NCBI GenBank assembly: GCA_963518035.1
Contig: CAUQIK010000004.1
Coordinates: 3,499-67,498 of the forward strand
Direction of reading: 5' to 3'
Length of the DNA stretch: 64,000 nt
Origin: an uncultured Streptococcus sp.
GTDB lineage: Bacteria > Bacillota > Bacilli > Lactobacillales > Streptococcaceae
The notes under the pieces: generated by a model
What the model saw: only the letters and a program-made list of their open reading frames with translations
Told to the model about the DNA's origin: nothing
Database searches by the model: none
Shown: positions 54,322-64,000 of the stretch, one piece after another
Layout: each line of letters opens with the position of its first letter
Numbering within the stretch: the first letter of the stretch is position 1
Position numbers and translations under genes: made by a program

Positions 54322-54367
54322 TATTCGTAAAAAAAGAAAAAAGATCAGGAAAATTCCTAATCTTCAT
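54322..54367 (-). repeat. Second copy of terminator + ComX box (repeat copy 2), upstream of hicA
   Basis: TATTCGTAAAAAAAGAAAAAAGATCAGGAAAATTCCTAATCTTCAT is nearly identical to 53604-53648; TACGAATA at 54322-54329. Confidence 0.9.
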
Positions 54368-54373
54368 GTGTGT

Positions 54374-55240
54374 TTACTTGATTTTCTTAGCTAGCATGGT
54401 CGCGAAACGTAGTTGAATGCGATTACCATTCTCATCGCGACGGTGCAAATGGCCTGGATTTTCATTGTACTTATTCAATTCCCAGTCCTTGTAGTAGTCT
54501 GCCAGTTCCCCTTCTTTAAAAGTGAATGGGAAGTTAACCGAGCAAGGATAATCCTCCGTATCCATGGCACAGACGATAAGATTGTAACCACCGACCGTGG
54601 TGTGCTCCTGCATGTTTCGGACAATAGCTGGAATACGATCTGCTTGTAGAAACATGAGAACAACTGTTGAAACGATAAAATCATACTCTTGCCCAATGCT
54701 GGCTGAATTGATATCGTAAAGGCCAACAGGCATATCCAAATCTTCCTGCTCCACAATGCTTTGCAGGATTTCAAGGGCCAATTCATTTTGATCCACAGCC
54801 GTTACATCAAAACCTTGCTGGGCTAAAAATAGGGAATTACGACCCTGCCCACAGCCCAAATCCAAGACTTTACCCGGTTTCACCGTTTGCATAGCCTCTA
54901 GAACTTCTGAATGAACAGGATTAGTATTGTATTTCTTAGGAAAATAATCCTCAGGTTTACAATAAAAATCCAAATACCATTCTACATCGTCTGTGGCAGC
55001 CTCCACTCGGTGCCATGCTTGCGGCTGCGCCATTGGGTTGTCATCCCCTGCTTTAAAGAGGTGTTCAGCTAGAACTTCTCCTTCTTCTGTCAATTCAATA
55101 AACTTGAGAGTTCCTTTTATAACAGTAATCTTGCCCCAAGTTCCAACCTTGGTATTGTGTTTCTGCTGAACAGCCTCTGGCATGGTCTCTTTAGTCCACA
55201 TTGGCATGCGTTTATAGGCAACTAGTTTTTCCATTTTCAT
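54374..55240 (-). CDS. tehB: Tellurite resistance methyltransferase TehB
   Basis: N-terminal HNTKVGTW cupin-like domain; LDLGCGQGRNSLFL; start may be 55234. Confidence 0.92.
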   Translation of the reverse strand: MKMEKLVAYKRMPMWTKETMPEAVQQKHNTKVGTWGKITVIKGTLKFIELTEEGEVLAEHLFKAGDDNPMAQPQAWHRVEAATDDVEWYLDFYCKPEDYFPKKYNTNPVHSEVLEAMQTVKPGKVLDLGCGQGRNSLFLAQQGFDVTAVDQNELALEILQSIVEQEDLDMPVGLYDINSASIGQEYDFIVSTVVLMFLQADRIPAIVRNMQEHTTVGGYNLIVCAMDTEDYPCSVNFPFTFKEGELADYYKDWELNKYNENPGHLHRRDENGNRIQLRFATMLAKKIK

Positions 55241-55248
55241 TCCTCTTT

Positions 55249-55716
55249 TTATCGCTGGTTGACAGCTTTCATGACACGCGCGATGTCGCGGTTTTGCTCA
55301 CGTCGTTTAATAGACTCTCGTTTGTCATAGTCATGCTTCCCTTTAGCTAGACCTAAAAGGAGCTTGGCATAGCCATCTTTGATATAGACCTTAAGGGGAA
55401 CCAGGGTCATTCCTGTCCCTTTGGTCTCCTGTTCTAACTTCTGGATTTGCTTCTTATGGAGAAGGAGTTTGCGACGGCGTTCTGGTTCCTGGTTCCAGAT
55501 ATTACCCTCTTCATAAGGCGCGATATGAACATTGCTCAACCAGACCTCCCCATTTTTTACTTGGGCAAAGCCATCCTTGAGATTGATTCGAGCAGCTCGT
55601 ACACTCTTGATTTCAGTTCCAGTCAGGACCATTCCTGCCTCTAGCGTATCTACGATTGTATAGTCGTGGCGCGCCTTTTTATTTTGTGCGACGACCTTTC
55701 CCTCGCCCTTTGCCAT
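55249..55716 (-). CDS. smpB: SsrA-binding protein
   Basis: [29 protein letters not shown]. Confidence 0.97.
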
Positions 55717-58033
55717 GCTTGGCTCCTTTCTTAGCTACTTCCTTGTAAAAAGGTTTCTTTCCTTTTTTCTTCTTGTCTTTTTGTGAATGCTTGCGCTTAT
55801 CATTTGAGCGTCCTGATTTTCTCTTGTCTTCCTTCTTATCTGAACGACGACTTGAACCACGCCCTCTATCATTACGATTAGACTGTTTCAAGCCTTTTTC
55901 AATCACATCAAACTCACTTGGAATATAAGAGAAGTCGATTTCACCAGTCATCTTATCCGCTCTTTCAACTCGAATGCGAATCTGCTGACCTACACGGAAA
56001 GTTGTTCCTGATTTCTCTCCACGAAGAGTCAAATCACGCTCATTGAAATGATAAAATTCAGGTAGATTAGTAATGTGAATCAAACCTTCAACTGTGTTCG
56101 GCAATTCGACAAAGAGACCAAACTTGACAATGCTGGATACAACTGCATCGTACTCTTCACCCACGTATTCTTCCATATACTCAGCCTTTTTCATGGCTTC
56201 GACTTCACGCTCAGCCTCGATAGCACGACGCTCACGGTTGGAAGACTGGGTCGCAATCTCTGGAATTACTTGTTCAAAATGCTCTGCTATTTCCTTAGAA
56301 CGGCCGTAATCACGAATCATACGGTGAACAAGAAGGTCTGGATAACGACGAATAGGACTAGTAAAGTGAGTATAATAGTCAGCAGCTAGTCCATAGTGGC
56401 CGTGATTGTGCTCCGAATAGCGAGCCTGCTGCATGGAGCGAAGAAGCATCATGGACAATACATCTGCATAAGGTTCTCCCTCAACAGTACGCATGATGTC
56501 TTGGAGGGCCTCCTGGCTAATCTCACTGGCAGTCCCATAAATGCGCAAGCCAAAACTCGAAGCATAATCTATAAACTTCTGAATTTTTTCAGCCTTAGGC
56601 TCCTCGTGAATTCGATAGATGAAAGGTAGATCCAGCTTGCTAAAATGCTCGGCAACTGTTTCATTGGCCATCAGCATAAAGGATTCAATCATGCGCTCGG
56701 CAACACCACGCTGACGAAGAACGATATCAACAGGCTTACCTTGCTTATCCACTAAAATCTTAGCTTCATTGGTATCGAAATTGAGGGCACCACGTTTCAC
56801 ACGCATGTTTTCTAAAATTTCATGAAGCTTGGCCATGAGTTCGATACTAGGGACAATTTTCTGATATTCTTGTCTCTTTTCCACGTCGCCAGCTAGAATA
56901 TCATTAACATCGTTATAGGTCATACGGAAGCTTGTCTTGATTACCGTTTGTGTAATGGTGTAATTGACCACACGACCATGTTTATCAATCTCCATAATGG
57001 CAGACTGGGTCAGGCGATCAACTTGAGGATTGAGGGAGCAGATACCATTTGACAGTCGTTCTGGAAGCATTGGGACCACACGGTCTGTCACATAGACAGA
57101 AGTTGCACGATTAAGGGCTTCCTTATCAAGGGCAGACCCCTCAGTCACATAGTAGGAAACATCTGCGATGTGAACACCGAGCTCCAAATTCCCATTTTTT
57201 AAAGCCTTGATATGCACCGCATCGTCCAAGTCTTTGGCGTCAGCACCGTCAATGGTAAAGGTAATCTCATCTCTTAGATCCAGACGGCCTTCCATATCCT
57301 TTTGAGACGGAACATCAGGCACACTTTCTGCTTCCTTGACAACAGCCTCTGGAAATTCTGAGACAATGTCCATAGACTCCAAAACCTCAAGAACATCAAT
57401 GCCGACATCCGTTGAATGCCCCACCACATCGAGGACACTAGCGACAAAGAAATCATGTTTCTTGCTTGGGTATTTATCGATAGAGACCTTGAGAACTTCT
57501 GTTCCCTCCAGTTTAAGGGCTGGTTTTTTTACATAAATCGGTTGGCTGATTTTCTGATTTTTCGAACGGATGTAGCCAGCATACTTAGGTTTTTCCTGAT
57601 CTAGAACGATTTGACCGACAACAGTTGTCAAACTGTGTTCTAGGATATCGATAATTTTGGCTTCCGCCGCTGTTCCCTTGTTACGATCAGCGACTTTCTT
57701 GATGACAACCTCAACAGTATCGCCATCAATAGCATAGTTGACATCGTTTTTACCTACAAAAAGGTCGTCCTCCTCGCCTTCTAGACTGACAAAACCAAAG
57801 CCATTTTTATGGGCATGAAAAATCCCCTTGAGAGTAATCTCATGTTTTTTCTTAACTTCTAAGGTCAGAGTACCATCTTCTTCAAAGCGAATCTGGTGCT
57901 TTCTTTCCATTAAGGATAAGGTTTTAATCAACTCACGAAAATCCTTGGAACCGTCTTTTCCCAAAGCCTGAGCCAAGTCATTGACAGTTACCTTTCCCTT
58001 ATATTGCAAATATTCTTTTATTCTATCTTTCAT
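55679..58033 (-). CDS. rnr: Ribonuclease R
   Basis: [26 protein letters not shown]1 domain, basic tail. Confidence 0.97.
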
Positions 58034-58134
58034 ATTTTCTTTCTAGATTTTTTAATTTTCTTTTACTGTAAAACCTTTTCAAACATCCTTTAAAAATAAA
58101 AAGAGGCAAAGACCTAGTCCTGCCCATTATTTTC

Positions 58135-58368
58135 TTATCTACTTGATAATACCGTCAATGCTAAGGCAATGGCTAGCCAGAAAAAGACTAAAATACCTGT
58201 CAAACGTTGCATCACAGCTTCAAAACCACGTGCTTTACTACGTTCAAACAAATCACCTGAGCTGGCATCAAATACATTGCTGGATTGGTTCTTAGTTGGT
58301 TGCATGAAAATCGCAATCACAATCACAACAGATAATACTAATAAAATGGTTAATAATAGGTTATACAT
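58135..58368 (-). CDS. secG: Preprotein translocase subunit SecG
   Basis: Two TM segments, LFERSKARGFE; precedes rnr-smpB. Confidence 0.95.
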   Translation of the reverse strand: MYNLLLTILLVLSVVIVIAIFMQPTKNQSSNVFDASSGDLFERSKARGFEAVMQRLTGILVFFWLAIALALTVLSSR

Positions 58369-58407
58369 ATCAAACTCCTTAAAATCCCTATTATTTTACC
58401 ATAAAAT

Positions 58408-58557
58408 CTACTTAGATTCAAGATGTAGGGTTACTTTTCTTTCCTTGGGACAATACTTTAAAACCTCAATCTTGTCTGGATGGGTTTTTGAATTTTTACT
58501 GGTTAGGTAATTGATACTGCCACAAGAGGAGCATTTGAGATTAATTTTTACTCGCAC
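58408..58557 (-). CDS. rpmG: 50S ribosomal protein L33
   Basis: Not in the ORF track. GTG start; [49 protein letters not shown] (49 aa). Confidence 0.9.
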
Positions 58558-59756
58558 TAGATTTCCTTTACTTTTAATAATGTTCGAAATTGAAGAAGGT
58601 TAAAGATACAACTAAAGGCCACACAAAGACTTGTCGCATAAAAGACAGCATGATAGCCAAATTGACCTGCTACTGCAGAACCTGCCATAGGCCCAACGAC
58701 ACCTCCCAGATAAAAGAATACCTGATTGAAGGCAAAGACCCTCGAAATGCCGGCTTTGGGAGTCATTTTGCTGAGTAGGGCATTAACCCCGGGAATCAAG
58801 GCACCGGTTCCCAGTCCAAAGAGGAAACGATAAAGTCCTAGTTGAAGGGGGCTAGAGGCATTGGCACAGAGGAGATAGATGATAACTGAATAAAACTGGG
58901 CTACAATCAAGAGACGATGGTTGCCCACCTTGTCACCTAGCTTTCCCATGACTCCTGCACTCATCATACTGGAAAAGCCCATACTGGATACAATCAAACC
59001 AGATACAAAAAGAAGATTCTCTGTCTGCCCTAAGTCTCGTACATAAAGAGCCAAAATAGGGCCGATTGATTGGGCTGAAAATTGGATGACAAAACTGGTC
59101 AGAAAGAGGTTGACCAAAAGATAGGGATATTTAACTGATGTAAATAATTCCTTTGTTGGGATGGCCTTTTCCTTGGCTACTGGTTTAAAATCTTCCTTGA
59201 TAAAGCAAATAGTCAAAATAGCAGCTAAAAATAGAAAACTACCAACCAGTAAAAAAACTGTACGAATACCAAATAATTCTGCAATAAATCCCCCGATAAA
59301 GGGACCAGTTAGAGTACCTGCAACAACGCCTGTAGACAAAGTACCTAAGGCAGAGCCTGATTTCTCCTTGGGAACCTGACTGGCTATCAAGGCTGTTGCA
59401 TTGGGAACAAAACCCGCAAATATACCATTCAGTAAACGAAGAAAGATTAACCAATAAATATTTGGTACAAAAGCCAATCCTCCCATAGTGATAGTCATGG
59501 CCAGACCAGCACGAATCATCATGGGTTTTCGGCCGTATTTATCAGCAAGGATACCCCAGATAGGAGAAAAGAGCGCCGCCGAAATAGCAGAGACAGAAAT
59601 AGCTAAGCCTGCATAAAAAGCGACTTGCTCACTTCCTACACCTAGATTTTCCACAAAGATAGGCATAAAGGGCACAACCAAAGAAATACTGGCTCCAGTC
59701 AGAAAATTACCAAACCAGGCAATGCGCAGATTATCCTTCCAGTTAATCTCTGTCAT
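58557..59756 (-). CDS. pmrA: MFS multidrug efflux transporter
   Basis: [11 protein letters not shown] motif A, multi-TM; start taken at MTEINW. Confidence 0.85.
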
Positions 59757-60348
59757 CTTCGCTACCTCCCTCAAGTAGGGAGAACACCTGAGTAAGAAGC
59801 TGGTCCTGATTTCCATTGTTGTTTAAAACATGGCTGGCCAAATCTTTCTTTTTCTCTAAAGGCCACTGGGCTGCCAGACGAAACTCAGCGTCATCTTTGG
59901 ACAAGTGGTCCCTTTTCATTAGGCGTTCTACTTGAACATCCCGGTACACATAGACCAACCAAGTCTCATCAAACCAAGAGACGTAGTCCTGCTCAAAAAG
60001 TAGGGGAATATCCATGAAGAAAATCTCTTCTGTCTGAGCCAACTGGTCTCTCAACGTAGATAGTTCCTCACGGATAATCTTTCCTTGGATTTGCTTAGAC
60101 CATTCTCGTTCTTCAGGATTTGAAAAGATAAGACTAGCTAGGAGAGGGCGATTAAGTTCTCCGTTTTCAAGGATGATTTCTTGCCCAAAGTGCTGGACTA
60201 GAGCCTGAAACAGACGACCACCAGGTTTCTGTAGTTGGTGGACGACTGCGTCAGCATCCACTACTTGAAAGCCTTGCTTTCTTAGAAAATTTGTCACAGT
60301 TGACTTACCAGAGGCAATTCCCCCAGTGATTCCAATGATTTTTTCCAT
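59743..60348 (-). CDS. coaE: Dephospho-CoA kinase
   Basis: IGITGGIASGKST, DAD, DIPLLFE. Confidence 0.95.
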   Translation of the reverse strand: MEKIIGITGGIASGKSTVTNFLRKQGFQVVDADAVVHQLQKPGGRLFQALVQHFGQEIILENGELNRPLLASLIFSNPEEREWSKQIQGKIIREELSTLRDQLAQTEEIFFMDIPLLFEQDYVSWFDETWLVYVYRDVQVERLMKRDHLSKDDAEFRLAAQWPLEKKKDLASHVLNNNGNQDQLLTQVFSLLEGGSEDDRD

Positions 60349-61172
60349 CAGTCCCTCCTTTGGCACTGAGGACAAAAGTGAGTTCCTCGTCCACCTAGTT
60401 GGATTTTCTCAATGATGGTGCCACAGCGTACACATTCTTGACCAGCCTTGTCATAGACCTGATGAAAATCCTGCATGGTTCCATCTTCCCCAAAGGCATT
60501 GGTATAGGTCCGAATGGTGGAACCACCTTTTTCAACAGCCTGTCCCAAAACAGCAATGGTCTGGTCATGAATGGCAGTCGCTTCTTCTGCTGTCAAAGTC
60601 TGGGAAGGTCTAGCTGGATGAACCTGAGCTCGCCAGAGAACCTCATCCACATAGATATTGCCAAGTCCAGCTACCAAGGTCTGGTCTAAAAGATGGGATT
60701 TGATAGGTTTTTTGGACTTAGCTAGGGAAGTTTGAAAGACCTGCAAATCAAAGTCTTGTTCGCTTGGTTCAGGCCCTAGTTTTTTAGAAAGAAAGTAGAC
60801 TTCCAAAAGGTCAGGCGCCAAGAGTTCCATAGTACCAAACTTGCGTACATCCTCATAAACAAGCGTGCCACCATCTTCAAACTGAAAGAAAACATGGGCA
60901 TGCTTGCGTTCAGGAACCTGGTCTGGATAGTAAAAATACTTGCCTTCCATGCGCAAATGGGAAATCAAGACCTTGTCTGTCAGGTAGAAAAGTAAATATT
61001 TACCACGACGTCCCATTGACTCAACAATTTGACCAGGCACTTCCTTTCGAAACTCGTCCAAATCCGTCTTAATCATCTTGGGATAGCGAATTTCTATACT
61101 CGAAATCTTCTTTCCCAAAATCAATTTTTCCAAGCCACGTCGAACGGTTTCAACCTCAGGTAATTCAGGCAT
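60348..61172 (-). CDS. mutM: Formamidopyrimidine-DNA glycosylase
   Basis: [24 protein letters not shown]-terminal CxxC..CPQCQ. Confidence 0.97.
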   Translation of the reverse strand: MPELPEVETVRRGLEKLILGKKISSIEIRYPKMIKTDLDEFRKEVPGQIVESMGRRGKYLLFYLTDKVLISHLRMEGKYFYYPDQVPERKHAHVFFQFEDGGTLVYEDVRKFGTMELLAPDLLEVYFLSKKLGPEPSEQDFDLQVFQTSLAKSKKPIKSHLLDQTLVAGLGNIYVDEVLWRAQVHPARPSQTLTAEEATAIHDQTIAVLGQAVEKGGSTIRTYTNAFGEDGTMQDFHQVYDKAGQECVRCGTIIEKIQLGGRGTHFCPQCQRRD

Positions 61173-61220
61173 AAGTCCTCCTTCTGTAAAAACAAGAAGC
61201 AGGCATGAGCCCACCTCTAC

Positions 61221-62120
61221 TTAGTATTCTTTTTCATTATAGCCAAAGTCAGCCAAATCTAGCTTTTTATCGCGCCAGTTTTTCTTGACCTTGACCCATG
61301 TTTCTAGGAAGACCTTGTCTCCTAGCATGAGTTCGATATCACGACGGGCCATGCTACCAATTTTTTTAAGCATAGCACCACCTTTACCGATGATAATCCC
61401 TTTTTGACTATCACGCTCGACCATAATTGTTGCACGGATGTGAACCTTGTCTGTCTCTTCGTCTCGTTTCATAGAATCAACAACCACAGCAACTGAATGC
61501 GGAATCTCTTCACGAGTTAGGTGCAAAACTTTCTCGCGAACCATTTCTGAAACCAAGAAACGCTCTGGATGGTCTGTGATTTGATCAGACGGGAAATATT
61601 GGAAACCTTCGTCTAGATTTTCACTCAAAATATCCACTAGACGAGAGACGTTATTCCCTTGAAGAGCTGAGATTGGAACGATTTCCTTAAAGTCCATCTG
61701 ATTACGAAAATCATCAATCTGAGACAAAAGCTGGTCTGGATGGACCTTATCAATCTTATTCACCACCAAAATCACAGGAACCTTGGCAGCCTTGAGACGC
61801 TCGATAATCATGTCATCCCCCTTACCACGTGCTTCATCAGCAGGCACCATAAAAAGAACAGTATCCACTTCGCGAAGGGTACTGTAGGCAGACTCAACCA
61901 TGAAATCTCCGAGAGCCGTTTTAGGCTTGTGAATCCCTGGTGTATCGATAAAGACGATTTGTTCCTTATCAGTCGTGTAAATTCCCATGATTTTGTTGCG
62001 CGTTGTTTGCGCCTTGTCACTCATGATGGCAATCTTTTGCCCCATAACGTGATTTAAAAAGGTTGACTTCCCAACATTGGGACGTCCTAAAATGGCTACA
62101 AAGCCTGATTTAAAAGTCAT
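61221..62120 (-). CDS. era: GTPase Era
   Basis: [23 protein letters not shown] domain GIIIGKGG. Confidence 0.98.
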   Translation of the reverse strand: MTFKSGFVAILGRPNVGKSTFLNHVMGQKIAIMSDKAQTTRNKIMGIYTTDKEQIVFIDTPGIHKPKTALGDFMVESAYSTLREVDTVLFMVPADEARGKGDDMIIERLKAAKVPVILVVNKIDKVHPDQLLSQIDDFRNQMDFKEIVPISALQGNNVSRLVDILSENLDEGFQYFPSDQITDHPERFLVSEMVREKVLHLTREEIPHSVAVVVDSMKRDEETDKVHIRATIMVERDSQKGIIIGKGGAMLKKIGSMARRDIELMLGDKVFLETWVKVKKNWRDKKLDLADFGYNEKEY

Positions 62121-62136
62121 AATTTCCTCTTACTGT

Positions 62137-62532
62137 TTAAAATAATAAATCCCAGATTCGTGGGAGAAAAATCAATGCGCCTGTTAAGGCTGCGAAAAGA
62201 GAGACCACTAATACCGCACCAGCCGCCATATCCTTGGCATTTTTAGCCAGCATGGAAAAGTGGTAGTGACTGGCCAAATCCACCACATTTTCAATAGCAG
62301 AGTTGATAATCTCAAACGCTACTACCAAGAAAATGCTCAATAGGAGAAAGAGCCATTCGATTCGTGACACCTGAAAAACAAAACCTGCAAGAATGACTAC
62401 AAGAGCCGTCACCGCATGTTTTCGCATATTGCGTTCTTCCTTTATGGCAGTAAAAATTCCTGTAAGAGCAAATTCTAAACTGGATATCAGGTCACGATTT
62501 TTCCATTTTCGTTTATTGTCTTGTGAGTCCAT
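62137..62532 (-). CDS. dgkA: Diacylglycerol/undecaprenol kinase
   Basis: [21 protein letters not shown]. Confidence 0.93.
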   Translation of the reverse strand: MDSQDNKRKWKNRDLISSLEFALTGIFTAIKEERNMRKHAVTALVVILAGFVFQVSRIEWLFLLLSIFLVVAFEIINSAIENVVDLASHYHFSMLAKNAKDMAAGAVLVVSLFAALTGALIFLPRIWDLLF

Positions 62533-63010
62533 AGGCTGTCAAAATTTCTTCTTGTAAACCGAACATCTCCGCTTCTTCTTCCGGAGTGTAGTGATCATAG
62601 CCGTTGATATGTAAAAAGCCGTGTACTGCCAAGAAGCCCATCTCACGCTCAAAGCTGTGACCATATTCCTCGGCCTGCTCATGAGCCTTATCGATAGAGA
62701 TGAACAGTTCCCCAATATAGGCATCAAACTCAGACATCATCTCTGCCAATTCTGGATTTTCAAGTAAATCCTCTTCGTCAAAGGCAATTTCCAACTCTGG
62801 CTTATATTCAAGGCTGATGACATCTGTCGGACGGTCTGTGTCACGGTACTCCAGATTGAGTTCATGACTGCGCTCATTGGTCACAAAAGTGACTGCCATC
62901 TCCTTGTCTTCTTTGCCTAATTTTTGGGCTGCAAATTCCAAAATTTCTTGGGTTTGTTGCAACATTTCTTTTGAAACTTGACCAGTTTCATCTACCATTT
63001 CAATATACAT
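62513..63010 (-). CDS. ybeY: rRNA maturation endoribonuclease YbeY
   Basis: [17 protein letters not shown]. Confidence 0.96.
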   Translation of the reverse strand: MYIEMVDETGQVSKEMLQQTQEILEFAAQKLGKEDKEMAVTFVTNERSHELNLEYRDTDRPTDVISLEYKPELEIAFDEEDLLENPELAEMMSEFDAYIGELFISIDKAHEQAEEYGHSFEREMGFLAVHGFLHINGYDHYTPEEEAEMFGLQEEILTAYGLTRQ

Positions 63011-63114
63011 GTGCTTCTCGTTTCTCTTTACTTGGCTTTATTATACCACATTTCCATGATTTTATTCTACCTTTTTGATATAATACTATGGAATACAATC
63101 ACAAGGAGAGAACG

Positions 63115-64000
63115 ATGTCATTTGACGGATTTTTTTTACACCACATGGTTGAGGAATTGCGAAGAGAATTAGTGAACGGTCGCATCCAGAAAATCAATCA
63201 GCCTTTTGAACAAGAATTGGTCTTGCAAATCCGCAGCAATCGCCAAAGTCATCGCCTGCTCCTCTCTGCCCATCCAGTTTTTGGACGCATTCAGCTGACC
63301 CAAACAACTTTTGAAAATCCAGCCCAACCTTCTACCTTTATCATGGTTTTGAGAAAGTATTTGCAGGGGGCCCTGATTGAATCTATTGAGCAAATTGAAA
63401 ATGACCGTATTGTGGAAATCACGGTTTCCAATAAAAACGAGATTGGAGACCATATTCAGGCTACCTTGATTATCGAAATCATGGGTAAACACAGTAATAT
63501 TCTACTGGTCGATAAAAGCAGTCATAAAATCCTCGAAGTCATCAAACACGTTGGATTTTCGCAAAATAGCTACCGCACTTTACTTCCGGGATCAACCTAT
63601 ATCGCTCCGCCAAGCACGGAATCGCTCAACCCTTTCACAGTCAAAGACGAAAAACTCTTTGAAATCCTGCAAACACAGGAAACGACAGCTAAAAATCTTC
63701 AAAACCTCTTTCAAGGTCTGGGACGCGATACGGCAAATGAATTGGAAAACATTATGATTAGTGATAAACTATCTACTTTCCGTAACTTTTTCAATCAAGA
63801 AACCAAGCCATGTTTGACTGAGACTTCCTTCAGTCCAGTTCCTTTTGCAAATCAAGTGGGAGAGCCTTTTGCCAGTCTTTCTGATTTGCTGGACACCTAC
63901 TATAAGGATAAGGCTGAACGCGACCGCGTCAAACAGCAAGCCAGTGAACTGATTCGTCGTGTTGAAAATGAACTTCAAAAAAATCGACATAAGCTGAAAA
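63115..64000 (+). CDS. pavA: RqcH/PavA (NFACT, fibronectin-binding) protein, 5' part
   Basis: Not in the ORF track (runs off the edge). AAGGAG RBS; MSFDGFFLHHMVEELRRELVNGRIQKINQP...LIIEIMGKHSNI. Confidence 0.93.
   Translation, partial: MSFDGFFLHHMVEELRRELVNGRIQKINQPFEQELVLQIRSNRQSHRLLLSAHPVFGRIQLTQTTFENPAQPSTFIMVLRKYLQGALIESIEQIENDRIVEITVSNKNEIGDHIQATLIIEIMGKHSNILLVDKSSHKILEVIKHVGFSQNSYRTLLPGSTYIAPPSTESLNPFTVKDEKLFEILQTQETTAKNLQNLFQGLGRDTANELENIMISDKLSTFRNFFNQETKPCLTETSFSPVPFANQVGEPFASLSDLLDTYYKDKAERDRVKQQASELIRRVENELQKNRHKLK

Noticed and set aside
55679..55716. 38-bp rnr/smpB overlap
   Set aside because: Ordinary feature of the streptococcal secG-rnr-smpB operon
63169..63990. Minus-strand ORFs 63169-63492 and 63769-63990
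   Set aside because: They are antisense to pavA/rqcH, which the track missed because it has no stop in the window

Overview
This window is mostly core chromosome of a mitis-group Streptococcus (S. mitis/pneumoniae-like, judged from gene content and order). Nearly all genes are on the minus strand. The order is: DUF2130 (partial), metY, formate/nitrite transporter, srtA, gyrA, ldh, pyk, pfkA, dnaE, a 13.3-kb YSIRK/LPXTG adhesin gene, pepX, argR, obgE, glycolipid glycosyltransferases, rpoD, dnaG, a T-box-controlled Trp ABC importer, ppc, ftsW, prsA, pepF, coiA, tehB, smpB, rnr, secG, rpmG, pmrA, coaE, mutM, era, dgkA, ybeY and pavA/rqcH (partial). Accessory DNA: (1) an AT-rich island between dnaG and the Trp ABC operon carrying a coupled ABC/AAA ATPase plus TOPRIM-like (RloB/AbiLii-like) gene pair, a candidate anti-phage system, flanked by an IS30 remnant and a pseudogene; (2) a hicAB toxin-antitoxin module between tehB and coiA, bounded by a ~45-bp direct repeat that duplicates the terminator and the ComX box, so hicA has its own combox; (3) a degenerate tandem copy of the last ~530 bp of pepX in front of argR; (4) a decayed tyrosine-integrase 3' end between ldh and pyk; (5) the giant CshA-like/GEVED/MucBP-type adhesin with a recent 909-bp internal duplication. 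No rRNA, tRNA or CRISPR array was seen. Family assignments come from motif recognition by eye; no searches were run.
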